From positions 1,178,001-1,242,000 of the forward strand of contig BQFW01000009.1 of assembly GCA_020891255.1 (NCBI GenBank): a stretch of 64,000 nt of DNA, written 5' to 3'. A program made the position numbers and the translations under genes. The stretch is from Entomortierella parvispora E1425. Taxonomy: Eukaryota > Fungi > Mortierellomycota. This document shows positions 38,652 through 51,544 of the stretch, piece by piece. Within the stretch, counting starts at the first letter, position 1. Each line of letters starts with the position of its first letter. The notes under the pieces were generated by a model. The model had not been told where the DNA came from, ran no database searches, and saw only the letters and a program-made list of their open reading frames with translations.

Positions 38652-39041
38652 GGTGCCTTTATCCTGTCCTTTGCAGTCCGGTAAAAAGTGATTCTATTCT
38701 TTTGTCCAATGATGTTCTGTATCCAAGAGCTGACTGAGTATCTTGCGACAGCCGTGCCACGCGTGGTGATCAGATGTGAAGCAGCAATGGAGGTGGGACT
38801 CGTGAAATCAGGCGAGTGCATGCAAGGTTGCATGCGTGCATGGCTTTTCCGCACAGCCCACCTGCCACTGAGTGACTGTCATCCCCCCACAGGCCGAGCC
38901 ACCGTCGCCTGCCTGTCCTTTCTTTCTTCGTCGTTCTTCGCTCGAGAAACGGACTTCCACGAGACGCGACCGCCTTGGCTTTCTTTGCTTCCTGTTCTTG
39001 AACACAGCCCATTCTCCATCCCCATCAATCCAATCGTCGCA

Positions 39042-40609
39042 ATGTCTGCAAAAGGAACCGCAAAGGTCCTCCACAAGCTCGAAAAGTCCGTCGGTGAGGG
39101 CAACTACTATGAGGCCCACCAGATGTACCGCACCGTCGCCAATCGGTAAGACCACAAGCATCATCGCGCCCTCACAACAAAACACAGCAGGATGAACCAT
39201 CTCGAGTCGAATGCATGAAAACATGCCTTGCATGTTGAGCATGGGATGAATCGTTGTTCACTGCAGCTCATCCAGAGGACCCATTTCTAATGACTTTTTC
39301 GCATCTGCTTTAATAATAGTTACGTGAAGGCACAAAACTACAAGGACGCCATTGACCTCCTTCACTCTGGAGCCTTGCTTTTGCTCAAGCATAAGCAGGT
39401 TGGATCAGGAACGGATCTTGGATTATATCTCATTGAAGTCTACAACCTGGACAAAGTTCCTGTCAGCGAGGAATCACGCGGTAGGATGACCTCCATCAGA
39501 GAGTGCAGCTAAAAAGAATGTTGAGGTACTTGGTTATCTAACGGACCCGGATCATATCTCTATCTGGATGGACCATATTCTTTTTTGTCTTCTAGATCGT
39601 ATCTTTGATCTGGCTGAGCTTATGGATGCCGAGAATGGCCAAAGGAAAACGTTCTTGCAGAATGCCATCAGGTAAAAGCTGGATGTTTTTTTTTTTTTTT
39701 GGATGGGCACCCTTGGAAACGAAAATTCAGGAACAGAACTAACCAGTTCAAAATTAATTGACCCCTTTCACCTTGATAGCTGGTCCTCAAGCAACGGCGA
39801 ATACAAGACTGGTGATCCCCTTCTTCAACACTTTATTGGTTTGATGTTCTGGAGAGGTAATGGGCGGGATTTTGTGGCGATTTGAACTCTTCATGGGAAT
39901 TTGATTCAAATGAGTGTGTAACTAATGATATCACCCTGTATACTCCAAACAGAAAAGGAATATGGTCTGGCTGAATCGCACCTGTTGGTTGGAACTCAGG
40001 AGAGTGCCGAGGCTCTCGCACTCGTACTCTTTGAGTGGTCAGAGCTGGAACCGACCCACGACAAGGGCGCCTACCTTGCGCGTGGTGTTCTTCAGGAGCT
40101 GGCCATGCGCAACCTCAGGGATGCCAACACAGTTTTCAGGATTTTTGTTGAACGTCTGCCAGCCGCATATCTGTCCGAGTCCAAGAAGTCGCCCAACGGA
40201 ACAAAGACCATTCAGACCTTCAAATCACCGCTATTGAACTTGACTCAATTGACGCTGTTGTCATGCCAGACTGGCAACCCTTCAATCTTCAAGCAGGTGG
40301 CCACAAAGTACAAACCTGTCCTAGCCATTGACGACAACTTTGGAGATGTAAGTGTCTGAGTTTGACTGCCTAAAATTCCACCCGCACCATGGTTAGTAAC
40401 GCACTTGTCCTCATCACCATTCCTCTCCCTAGTTGATGACGGCAATTGGAGAGCGTTTCTTTGGAATTCGTGCACCTAAGCAGGCAAACATGTTGGCTGA
40501 TCTGATGAGCAGTCTCTTTTCAGGGGGCCCAGCGGGTGGCCCTGCCAGACCAGCCCTCGGCGCAGCTGGCCAAAGCATTCCAGAGCCTGCTATTGAGGAA
40601 ATGGACTAG
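39042..40609 (+). CDS. GET4: Golgi-to-ER traffic protein 4 (GET pathway), multi-exon
   Basis: LEKSVGEGNYYEAHQMYRTVANR, AIDLLHSGALLLLKHKQVGSGTDL, GDPLLQHFIG, AESHLLVG, PLLNLTQL motifs. Confidence 0.95.
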
Positions 40610-40939
40610 ACTTGTAGAACAGTTGGACACTAACATCTGAATGATAAAAATACTTTTCATGAGAGTTGACTGACTGCGCCTGGGAATACGTCTCGATCTC
40701 GTTGCCACCCCTTCTTTGCCCTGGGTTTTGGACAACAACAGCAGGAAACAACCACAAACAGCAACGCCCTGCAGCGCAAGGCAGCAAAGCACGCGTCTGG
40801 GTATGTTGCGATCGTTGGCTGGGGACAGATATGCCCAGATTTAGCATGGCAGTGCCCAGGTCAACCCCTTTTTATATGCATCGCTCGTAGCTGCAAAGGC
40901 ATGTCCCGGCGAAAGCCCCAGCCGCGATCGGCTCTTTTT

Positions 40940-40997
40940 CGCTTTCAACACGCTTTCAACACGCTTTCAACACGCTTTCAACACGCTTTCAACACGC
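40940..40997. repeat. Perfect tandem repeat (CGCTTTCAACA)x5
   Basis: Read directly; no spacers between units. Confidence 0.95.
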
Positions 40998-41020
40998 GTT
41001 CATTCGCTTGATCATTCTTT

Positions 41021-41182
41021 CTCTCCATTCCAATTCCACCATTCTTGTTTCAGTTTTTTAATTCTGCAATTCATTGTCTTTCATTCCTACTCTCCATTCC
41101 TACTCTCCATTCCAATTCCACCATTCCTCTTTCAGTCTTTTATTAATTCTGTAGCAATCACTGTCTTTCATTCCTACTCTCC
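41021..41182. repeat. Imperfect ~80-bp direct duplication upstream of the lyase gene
   Basis: Copies at about 41021-41095 and 41103-41182 both run CTCTCCATTCCAATTCCACCATTC...TGTCTTTCATTCCTACTCTCC. Confidence 0.85.
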
Positions 41183-41217
41183 TTCATACACACATACAAG
41201 AGAGAAACACCCCTACT

Positions 41218-43051
41218 ATGGTTCACCGTTTTCGAGGCTCGTCTAAACGGGCTCTGACCATTGCCCTTGGACTGTGCGTCCTTTGTACCTTGTTCTTAAT
41301 TTCGCCTTACGCTTTCGAAAAAGGTACCGATGGTCGCCAACTACATGAAGACTTGGCCTACGACTTGCCCTTTGCGGCCCCATCAGCCGGATCTTTTCAA
41401 CTGAACCAACCTCCAGAACAACAGGACGCCCTTCGTCAGCAACAACAGGTGCTTCATGAACAAAAGCCAGTTGCAGCTGACAGTCACCAGAATCACCTCG
41501 ATGATGATGAGGACGAGGACGAGGACGAGGCGGTAGAGGACGATGGACTACCCACAGAGTACAAGGATGACCTGTTGCCCTCAGAATCGCGTCAGAAACT
41601 TAAATTCAAGATCGGCGCCCAGGCTTTGCGCAGCTTTTTGACGCCTACGGTTCAGGCAGAGAGGAGGGTCGCCGTGGGGTATATTTTGCGTCAGGCCAAC
41701 AACGCGTATCGAAACCAGACTGTGTACTCTGTAGTGCGGAAGCCGGCATCCAAGATCCCGCCTTCAGGCGACCGACATGATTATTCGTCGCTGGCCCGAT
41801 ACTTTTGGCGTAACCCAGATACCAAAGATGGTCTTCCTTACGTTCGATGGGATGGAAAACCTAACCCGGAGATGGACAGCGTGTGGGACTACCGGTTAAT
41901 GAGAAAGATGTTCCGGGATTGCGTCTTCATGGGCCAGGCTTATTTCTGGACCGGAGAGGAACGGTATGCGGAAAAGATTGTCTACCGGGTCAAGGAGTGG
42001 TTCTTGGATGAAGAGACGAAAATGAACCCGAACCTCAAGTACGGGAGCCTGATCTTTGGACATGATCTCGGACGCGCTCAAGGCGTCCTTGATATGTTCA
42101 AGGTTTATGGGTAAGGATGATCCATAAGACTGCAATTGCCACCAATGTTATAAGGACCGTGAAAACTAATCGGGTCTTTCTTTGTTGTGTTGATCCAACT
42201 GCAGAATGTTTGATGCTCTAAAGATGATTGAAGGATCTCGGGCCATGTCCTCGGAACCAACTCTGATTTCAGACCTGCAGACATGGTTCACCGACTATCT
42301 CGACTGGATTGACTCATCCGTCCAAGCGGAGCAGGAGCGCAATGCTAAGAACAACCATGGAACGTATTTTTCAGTCCAGTACGTCGCTATTCTCGAGTTT
42401 CTTGGACTGACCAAAGAGGCGAAGCAGTACTGCGAAGAGGCCAAAGAGACACGGCTCCGACCTCAGCTGCAACACAATGGCGCTCAACCACACGAGACGG
42501 CTCGGCCCATCAGCTTCTTTTACTCAACTTTTAACCTCCAAGGGTTGATGCTGTTGGCGATGCAGGCCGAGGCCCATGGAGTCGATCTGTGGCATTACAA
42601 GGCGCCTAAGGAGGAATTGGTCGTGCATTTCAACAAGAAGACATCAAAGAAACTCAAGATGGGCGGCGCTACAATTGAGGACGCAGTCTGGTTTGTTTCA
42701 GATTACGCGACCAGAGATTTGTCGGAATGGCCGTACCCGGACTCTGGTACCAGGGACTTGCCGGATGTGCTCAAGATGGCCAAGATTGCAAAGCTTGTCT
42801 ATGGGCAAGGCAATAGGCCGTGGAAGAAGATGATTGTGAAACTGGAAGAAAAGATTCTTCAAGATAAGCTGGAAAAAGAAGCAAATGAGGCGGATCAAGA
42901 TGAGGACAAGGACAACAACGTTGCAGAAGATGAAGACGAAGAAAAGAAGGAAGCAAAGGACGAAGAGGCCGATGACAATGAAGACACCAATGGTTTTCTT
43001 TGCGAGCTGGGGGTCCTGAGCAAGGGATCCCTGTGGCATTGCTACAAGTAA
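41218..43051 (+). CDS. Polysaccharide lyase of the alginate-lyase (alpha/alpha-toroid, PL38/PL5-like) type with an N-terminal transmembrane anchor, ~579 aa; intron 42111-42204
   Basis: SGDRHDYSSLARYFWRNPDTKDGLPYVRWDGKPNPE, WFLDEETKMNPNLKYG, NNHGTY, QPHETARPISFFYSTFNL motifs. N-terminus: short basic tail, hydrophobic helix, acidic stem. Confidence 0.85.
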
Positions 43052-43597
43052 CAGACAGTTGTTAGAATAGGTTCGATCAGTCTTTTGTAAATTTGTATAT
43101 AGGTAAACAACAACTCTTCAAAGTCCTTTGCATGTTTGCCTTGACCTTTTTACAAAGAGGCTGACACTCTTCGTTGGTTGAGTGCGACTAGAGAGTCGCG
43201 TCGTGTTCGCGTTGCCTCAAGTACTTGCGATCGTACTTGGGAGTCGCTGGAGTTGATTGTGATGTCCTTGTTGCCGCTCCTTGTTAAACATTGACCCATT
43301 TGGGCCGAGTGCCATCCTCACTTGTGGATTGCCACGTTGTCTGCTGAGGATCAGAGAAGGGCTGAAAGGCAGAAAGGAAGAGAATGCCGCTTCCGGGCTC
43401 TGCTCTTGTCTCTGCTTCTCAGGGGCGTTCGACATTAGACCAAGGGCGAAATTGCGGTGGTGGGCGCATGCTGTGTGACCATGCGTATCCTCTCTGTTTT
43501 AAGCGAGAACCTCCGACCTCCCCAACTGCTCCCTCCCTCATCTCATTCCATCGTCTCCCTCATCTTCATCTCCATTCGCCATCTCATCTTGTCTGCA

Positions 43598-45710
43598 ATG
43601 GATGCCCCTCCCCCCCCCTATAGCGTCAATAACCATCCACGGGTTCTGATAGCGGGAGCAGGTCTCGGAGGACTCTTCATGGCCATCCTCCTAGACCGGG
43701 CGGGTATTTCTTACGAGATTTTCGAGCGTTCTGCCTACATCAAGCGAACGGGTGTGTGTATTTTGTTGTCCGAGGGACAGGATCATATGTTCTCTTTACG
43801 CTTTCCCTGAGCTCATGACTGACAATTCTTGAAAACAATAGGAGCTATAATGGGCCTCAACGGAGGCATTCTACCTGTCTTTGAGCAGTTAGATCTCTAT
43901 GAGGAGCTCAAGGCTATCTCGCTTCCCAACCGAAGCGCAGAAATTCTTGACAGCAAGATGGAAAGGATAGGGTATATTGACGCAAAGATCGCCTACGAGC
44001 AGTAAGCACTCACCCTGTCTTCCGCAGTTGATAATCACGATCTGATCCCCCACAACACTCTATATTAACATTGCTTGCGTTGCCCCTTCCTCTCTCCATC
44101 ATGGCGGAACTTCAGGACTGGATACGACTACCTGCTCTTCACGAGACCTCGACTGTACGATCTTCTTTTGTCCAAGGTCCCAGCCGAGAAGATACATTTC
44201 AACAAGCGGGTCGTCTGGGCAGAGCACATGTCGAACGGCGTTTCAATTCAGTGTGAGGACGGAACCACCTATAGCGGGGATATGTTGGTAGGAGCGGACG
44301 GGGCGTATAGCGCAGTACGGGACGCACTCTTCAAAACCCTGCACTGCGACCATCTATTACCCGCCAAGGATAAGAAGGAGATGAAGCGAGGATACGTTTG
44401 TTTGGTGGGCACAACATCGCCCCTCGATCCGGAGAAGAACCCACTTATCAAAGAGGGATGCTCTGACTATTATCAGATCATTGGTGAAGGAACACCGTAC
44501 AGTGTAAGCCCTTTAGCCAGTCTACATCGCAACGGGGTGTTTTTTTTCTTGATTAATGGTTTCTCGGCGATCTAGATTCTCATCTCTTCTTTGCTTCTTG
44601 CGCTTCCAGTGGTCCATTTTCAACATAGCCGAGAACAGGGTCTGTTTTGCCGTGGTCCAACAGCTGGAATCCGAGGCTCAATGCGAAGAAGAGAAATTCA
44701 ATGGAATCCCATGGGAACCAGAAAGGGCTGTAGAGATGATGCAGGAGATCAAGGACTTTAAGATCCCCCAGGGTGGTACCTTGGGCGATCTCTTTAATCA
44801 AACACCCCAGGAATCGATCTCTCGCATTTTTCTTGAAAACAAGTTGTTCCAGACTTGGTATCATGATCGAATTGTCCTTATCGGAGATGCGGCTCACAAG
44901 GTAAAGCATTTCAGGCACAGTACCACGGACGCTGCATAGTAGACAATCACTCATCCTCTCCTCCCGAACATACTTCTCTATTATTGGAAAAAAAGTTGCT
45001 TCCAAGCGCAGGACAGGGTGCAGTTTGTGCGCTCCAAGATGCTGTAGTGTTGGTCAATTGCTTGCACGACATGGAGTCTTGGACACTGCCAGAGATCAGG
45101 GCCGCACTCAACGACTACAAAGAACAGCGGTACTTTTTTTTTTTTTTTTTTTTTTTTTTTGCAGCCATTACCATGAACCTGATTTGATTGGGACCTGACT
45201 GACGGACCAGGGACCACGTTCTTTCTTTCCCACCACCACATAGTTATCATGAGGTCAAGATCCAATTTGAAAACAGCCAAAAGAGCGCGGTCTTGCTTCA
45301 CGGTCAGGTAACAATCAGAGATATTCGCCACAATTCATTGTTTACATGGACAAGCATCCTCTTAACACGAGAATTGACATGCTGGAAAAATAGACGTTTC
45401 GGGAGAAGCTTGTCCGTAATTGGGTCTTCAATTGGCTCCCTCAGTCCCTGAGAACAAAGGCTCTTGGTAAGTGTGCCTACCATGTTTTGCAAGTTTCTCT
45501 GCAGCCCATATCTTATAGATATTCTGACCTTCTCTGTGTGTTGAATTCAAAAAAAAAAAAAAAAAAGTCAGAAGCGCGTCCTATCGGCCCCAGGTGTCAT
45601 TCTTGCCCTTGGCACCCAAACGCGGTGTAGGAGAGGTTCAACCGCAGGTTCCTTCCAAGCGACGCAACGGACTTTCCGACACTAGAACTGTCACAGTGGC
45701 GGCCTTTTAG
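43598..45710 (+). CDS. FAD-dependent monooxygenase (FAD_binding_3 / aromatic-hydroxylase type), copy 1, multi-exon
   Basis: VLIAGAGLGGL, LVGADGAYSAVR, RIVLIGDAAHK|LLPSAGQGAVCALQDAVVL, YRPQVSFLP motifs. Confidence 0.9.
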
Positions 45711-46554
45711 CCACAAGAGTGCCATCTTCTTAAAGCCCTTCATGCAAAAATATACCCTCTGACTGGCAAAGAATCTTGCCATCAATTAGTCTAATTCTGG
45801 AGCAGTGCTCATCCTCTGTGATCAATTGCTTTGGTTAAAAATTCGTTCTTCATTTTTGAGAATGCATGATGGGGAAGAAGGTACAAACACTTGATGTTGG
45901 ACCTGACAAGGCTCTCTTTGTACTCTCTGCATGTCCTTTTGGGGCGCGAGTTGACCTGCCTGCAGCACCACTCAGTCCAATGGCCGCCGACTTGATGAAC
46001 ACGAAGAAATGAAAGATTCAATCAGGTCTGTGGGTGATTCTTAAAAGTATTGCAAGGGATGTGTGTTAACAGCAGTCTTGTCCAAGAGTTTCCCACCCAG
46101 AGCTCGACAGAAGCGTGAGCAGAAGATGGGCTCCCATGGGAAAAAAAGTGTCGATGTTTGCACCGACAAAACGGCAAAGGTTTGGCTTGGAACCTTGTCG
46201 GCTTTTGACATTTTTGCGCTTTGACGGCAATTGAGCAACTTTCATATCTGTTTGCTTGTGATTGTGTTCAGGGCGGCGATGAATGGGATGTAAAGTGTCT
46301 CTTCCTTTCTTCTTCTGTTGAGCAAGGGCGGAGTGGGGGCGAGTCGAGTTGAACCTGCAACCAAACAAGAGAGGGAGGACGACGGCGGAGGAAGGTTGCA
46401 TCGGATGGCCGTTTTCTATTTTTCTTTTTTTCATGCGGTGCAACCAAGGATCAATTGGCGGACACACTAAAGTACGGTGTCCAACACTTTCAGACCTTCA
46501 TTCATTCGACTCATTCCATTCCCCCTCATCATCAACCTTCTGAATCCTTCCGAG

Positions 46555-48403
46555 ATGAACCCTCATCGAGCAAACGAAAAAACGGACGAGCTAGGAGAGA
46601 CTACTGCAAAGTACCCCTCTCAACTTCCTCCTGTGAGCGATGGCAAGAATCCGCATGTTTTAATCGCGGGTGCAGGTTTAGGAGGACTGTTCCTCGCCAT
46701 TTTGCTCGACCGTGCTGGCATCCCCTATGAGATCTTTGAGCGGATGGCAGAGGTCAAGTCGCTCGGCTCCGTCATGGGTCTGAATGCAAACATCCTCCCG
46801 GTCTTTTACCAGTTGGGGTTGGAGCAAGAGTTGGATGCTTTGACTTTGCCAAACACAACTCTTCAGATCATGTACGGGTCCATGAAAAAAGTGGCCACCT
46901 TGCACACCAAGAACCAGCGCGACCTGTAAGATGTTTATTGGACTGCAATCCTGTTTCGTCGTCTTGGTTAGTCCATTGAGACTCATGCTCGTTTCCCCTC
47001 ATTGGAGGGATTGTTTCTAGTGTTGGGTATGATTACAGGATGTTTGCAAGACCAAAGGTGAGTCAAGTAAAAAGTCCTTGCAGCTCTTGGGATGCCAACC
47101 CTCTCCATCTACTAATCGCCGTCGTGTTTCTTGCTTTTTTGCAGTTGCATGAATTTTTGCTTTCCAAAGTCAACGCCGACAAGATCCATCTGAACAAGAA
47201 GGTCCTCTCCGTCATCCAGAACAAAGACGGCGCCATGATCCGATGTGCTGATGGCACGACCTATCATGGTGACATCGTTGTTGGAGCCGATGGTGCCTAC
47301 AGTGCGATAAGACAGTCTTTGTACAAACAGCTGCAAGATCGAGACCTCTTGCCCCCATCGGACGCGAAAGAAATGAACAAGGGCTACGTTTGCCTTGTTG
47401 GTACGACCACCTCCCTCGACCCTGCGAAATTTCCCCTTGTCAGGGATGAAAGGTCGGATGGTTATCAGGTCATTGGCGATGGAACTCCCTACAGTGTAAT
47501 TCAAGAAGAAAAAACAGAATTGCATCCCAAAATAAGTTTGTTAGGGACTCTGTCATGTCAATTGAGGGTGCTTGCAGCTGACTGAGGCCGGACGGACTTT
47601 CTCTTTTTTTTTATTTGCATAGTGGACAATCTTCAATGTCCCAAACAACTGTGTATGCTACGTAGTTGTCTGCCAGTACGCATCTCAAGCTGAGTGTGAA
47701 GACGAAAAGTTTCGTAATTCTGAATGGGGTCCTGATAGAAGCGCTGCCATGATGAAGAAGGTCAAAGATTTCAAGATCCCGCACGGGCTGACTTTGGGTG
47801 ATCTCTTTGACCACACCCCACACGACAAGATCTCGCGCATCTATCTTGAGGACCAGCTATTCACGACTTGGAGCTCTGGGCGCACCGTCTTGATTGGCGA
47901 TGCAGCCCACAAGGTAAGTTTGCCAGCTCAGCATAGAGGGAGAGGTTCCATTTTGTGCGACATAGACATCGTACTCACCAGCTTCTCTCAATACTGGCTT
48001 TCGCAATGGCAGATGCTCCCAAGTGCTGGTCAGGGAGCTGTGTGCGCACTCCAAGGTAAAAAAAATACATGAACCACCTCCAATTTCCAATTCTGAATGT
48101 CAAACGTCCAATGTTTATTCACACTGGTTGCCTTATTAGACGCTGTCGTGTTGGCAAACTGCCTTTACGACTTGGAGTCCCTGAGCCAAGAATCGATTGA
48201 GAAGGCAATGCAGGATTACAAAGAGCAGCGGTAAAAATATGGTTCAGGAGAAGGCCCGTTTGTGGGAAGAGGTAAAATGATATTGACTGGTGATGGTCTC
48301 CACCTTAGATACCCTATCGTCAAGGCCCAGACTGATCAAAGCAACATCAACGCGATGATCCTCCACGGCCAGGTACGTGCAAAACCTAATAATGCCTGCT
48401 ATC

Positions 48404-48462
<59 letters not shown>

Positions 48463-48895
48463 CTTCTCCCGTCTCTGATAATTCGCGAGTTTTCGATGCA
48501 TTTGATAATTGTAATAGACCACAATGGAGAAGATTGTGCGCTATGTTGTTCTGAAATGGCTCCCTCAGAGTGTCAAAGACAAAGCCATTGGTAAGTAAAA
48601 TATTTTCCTTTCAGCCCCTGATCTACGCTTCTCATCCACATTGTCAAAACCATGTGTAGCTGAAATGATCTCCCTTGCCAAAAAAAAAAAAAAAAAAATA
48701 GTCAAAAACGCGTCGTACCGACCTCAGATCGCATTCTTGCCCTTGGCGCCAAAGCGAGGGACTGGTGAAGTCTCTCCGCAAAAGCCCTCAAAGCGTTACG
48801 AAGAAGAGCAGCGAAAAAAAAGAGAAGAAGAAGAGAAGCGAAAGAAGAGAAAGGAGGAGGAAGAGGCCGAGGTGATTGACCCTATCGCAGTCTGA
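46555..48895 (+). CDS. FAD-dependent monooxygenase, copy 2 (tandem paralogue), multi-exon
   Basis: Same motifs (VLIAGAGLGGL, IVVGADGAYSAIR, LIGDAAHK, PSAGQGAVCALQ, YRPQIAFLP) and mostly matching intron positions. Confidence 0.9.
48405..48461. repeat. (GTT)19 microsatellite within an intron of monooxygenase copy 2
   Basis: Read directly; lies between the donor near 48373 and the acceptor near 48518. Confidence 0.95.
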
Positions 48896-49102
48896 TGCGC
48901 CCATTGCGTGTCGCGGTACCATATGAAAAGTGATTCGAGTGATTCGAGAATAAAAACAAAAGACTTGGAGTTTGAGCTGTCAATAGCGATCAGTCCTTTC
49001 TCAAAGGTGTCCATTCGCCATGTCCTTTGTTTCTTCCCACTGTCGTGTTTTCCAGTTTCTGTTCCCGAGAAAGAAAAGAAGAAAAGAGAGGGAAAAAAAA
49101 AA

Positions 49103-49111
49103 TTGGTGGCA
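49103..49111 (+). promoter_or_regulatory. TTGGTGGCR promoter motif (also at 3641, 19197, 22032, 23816, 28189, 56231)
   Basis: Seven intergenic copies, each about 100-350 bp upstream of a plus-strand start codon and often next to an A-tract. Confidence 0.55.
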
Positions 49112-49332
49112 ACGAGTCACGTGCGAAACCCTTAAGTATCCGACGCGACACGCAAGTGTCTTCTCCAGCATGACACGCCTCGTCTGATTCACCGCATCAT
49201 TCAACATTCCTTTCCTTCTTTGCCAGACAGACAACCCGACCGACAGAAAGACACCGACCCCGACCCAGTCATCAGCTCCTACAGACACAACACCTACAGC
49301 ACACCACCCCTACCACACAGAGAGACTGCAGC

Positions 49333-51336
49333 ATGGACGAACAACAGCACAAGATGGAGAAGGATTGCTCCGCCATTGTCGATGCTCAGCTGCCCCAGAT
49401 CGACTCGCTGGCACAGGTGCGGCTCCCTCTTTTGTTAATTGCGGGGCATGGCAACCTTTTTTTCTTCTAGCTTGACGACTTACCCTACTGCAATTGTTAC
49501 ATTTGCGAATAGAGCGGACAACTCACGAAGGCGCTGGAGCAGTTGCTGGTCCTCGAGAAGCAGACGCGCTCGGTAAGCGAATGAATGGACGGCAATCAGG
49601 ACCTTTTGCAAAGAGGGCAGAGTAATTTGCAGGATGAACAGCGGACTGACAATGTGCTCCCATTTGAAACCAACCTCCATGTATAGTCTGCTGATCTTGC
49701 ATCCAGCACGCGTGTGTTGATCAAGTTTATTCGATTGACTTTTGAAGCCAAGGACTGGAGCTTGATGCAAGAATACATTGTTCTTTTGTCAAAGAAGCAT
49801 GGTCAATTGAAGCAGGCTATCACTCGTATGACCCAGGAGGCGATGCAGTGCCTTGAGCAAACCCCCGACATGAAGACCAAGCTCGAGCTTATCGATACTC
49901 TCCGCACAGTCACCGAGGGAAAGGTAAGCACTTTTGTCTCCCCTTTTTTCGACCTTGAGGTAGTCCTCTGGGATAATATGCTGACAAGAGTGTATTACGA
50001 TGCATATCATAGGTTTATCTCGAGGTTGAGCGCGCTCGTGTTACTCGCATCCTCGCCAAGATCAAGGAAGACGAAGGAAACATCACAGAGGCTGCCGATA
50101 TCATGCAGGATCTTCAGGTACAAACTGCGGACGAAAATCGACGTGACCCCTCAAAATCGACATAGAACCTGGACATTATTTTTGACAATCGGTCTACTTT
50201 TTTTTTTTTTTATATTGTTATTTAGGTCGAGACTTTTGGATCCATGGAGAAGCGTGAAAAGACCGAGTTCATTTTGGAGCAGATTCGCCTGTGCCTTTTG
50301 AAGCGCGATTACGTCCGTGCCAACATTATCAGCAAGAAGATCAACATTCGCTACTTCAAGGAGTCAGAGGTTCAGGATCTTAAGTTGCGTTACTACGATC
50401 TCATGATCGACTATTCATTGCACGAGAATGAATATTTGAGCGTCTGCAAGCACTATCGCCAAATTTACGACACCCCAGTAGTGAAGGCGGACTCAGCTCA
50501 GGCCAAGAGGGTAAACTATTGTTCTGCCAAAGAGTACGATGGGTTACACGTTGTATCAGAAGATTAACAGTTTCATTCCCATCTCGTCTCCAGGCTATCG
50601 AAAACGCTGTCCTCTTCGTCATCCTTACACCCTTTGATAATGAGCAGTCGGATTTGATTCAACGTGTGTATCTGGAAGCCGAGGAAGTCGACATTCCCAT
50701 CTACCGGTAAGTTACTGCGTGTCTAAGTGGACATATTATTATCTATCTTGTCGAGAAATACTCATAATGGCATTTTTGATCCATATTAGGGATTTGTTGA
50801 AGTGCTTTATCACGAACGAGCTCATGCGCTGGCCCATGATTGAGCAAATATACGGACCTACTATTGGAAAGAACCCAGCTTTGGCAGGAGACAGCGAGGG
50901 TTCCAGAAAGAGACTGAAGGAGCTCCACAACCGTGTTGTTGAACATGTAAGCCTGCATGCCTGTGAAATGAAATGAATGGTCAATTGATGAGCAGCAGTG
51001 GACTCTTTGTTAATGTGCCTACCTTTGCGACTCTCGTAGAACATCCGCGTTATTGCCAAATACTATACTCGTATCACAACCAAGCGCCTGACACAGCTTT
51101 TGGATCTTCCTGACAAGGACTGCGAGGAGTTTTTGTCCAAGCTCGTGGTGTCCAAGACGATCTATGCCAAGATTGATAGACCAGCCGGTATTGTGTCTTT
51201 CGCAAAGTCCAAGCACCCCAACGAGGTCTTGAACGAGTGGTCCCAGGACATTAACGCACTTTTGGGATTGATTGAGAAGACCTGCCATTTGATTACTAAG
51301 GAGGAGATCATTCACAGCATCACCAAGGTCATTTAA
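49333..51336 (+). CDS. RPN5: 26S proteasome lid subunit Rpn5 (PSMD12), multi-exon
   Basis: [33 protein letters not shown]|[61 protein letters not shown] motifs. Confidence 0.97.
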
Positions 51337-51544
51337 ATGAAGGGCAAGACTTGTGTTTCACGAAAATAAACCAGATAAATGAATAAGATGAACTCTTGGT
51401 GTTTTATTCTACTCGATCCCAATGGTGCATGGGCCCAAGGAGAGTAGAGAAAAGAAAAGTAAAAGCTATGTAAAGTAGAAAGCAATTGGTACGCGCTTTT
51501 CACTTGAGCACTACATCTTTGAATAGGTCTCCAAACGTCTGATT

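Noticed and set aside
40940-40997. Short direct repeats as a CRISPR array
   Set aside because: The 11-bp units are contiguous with no spacers, no cas genes are present, and the context is eukaryotic.
48244-48522. Poly-Gln and poly-Leu ORFs
   Set aside because: Both are translations of the intronic (GTT)19 microsatellite.
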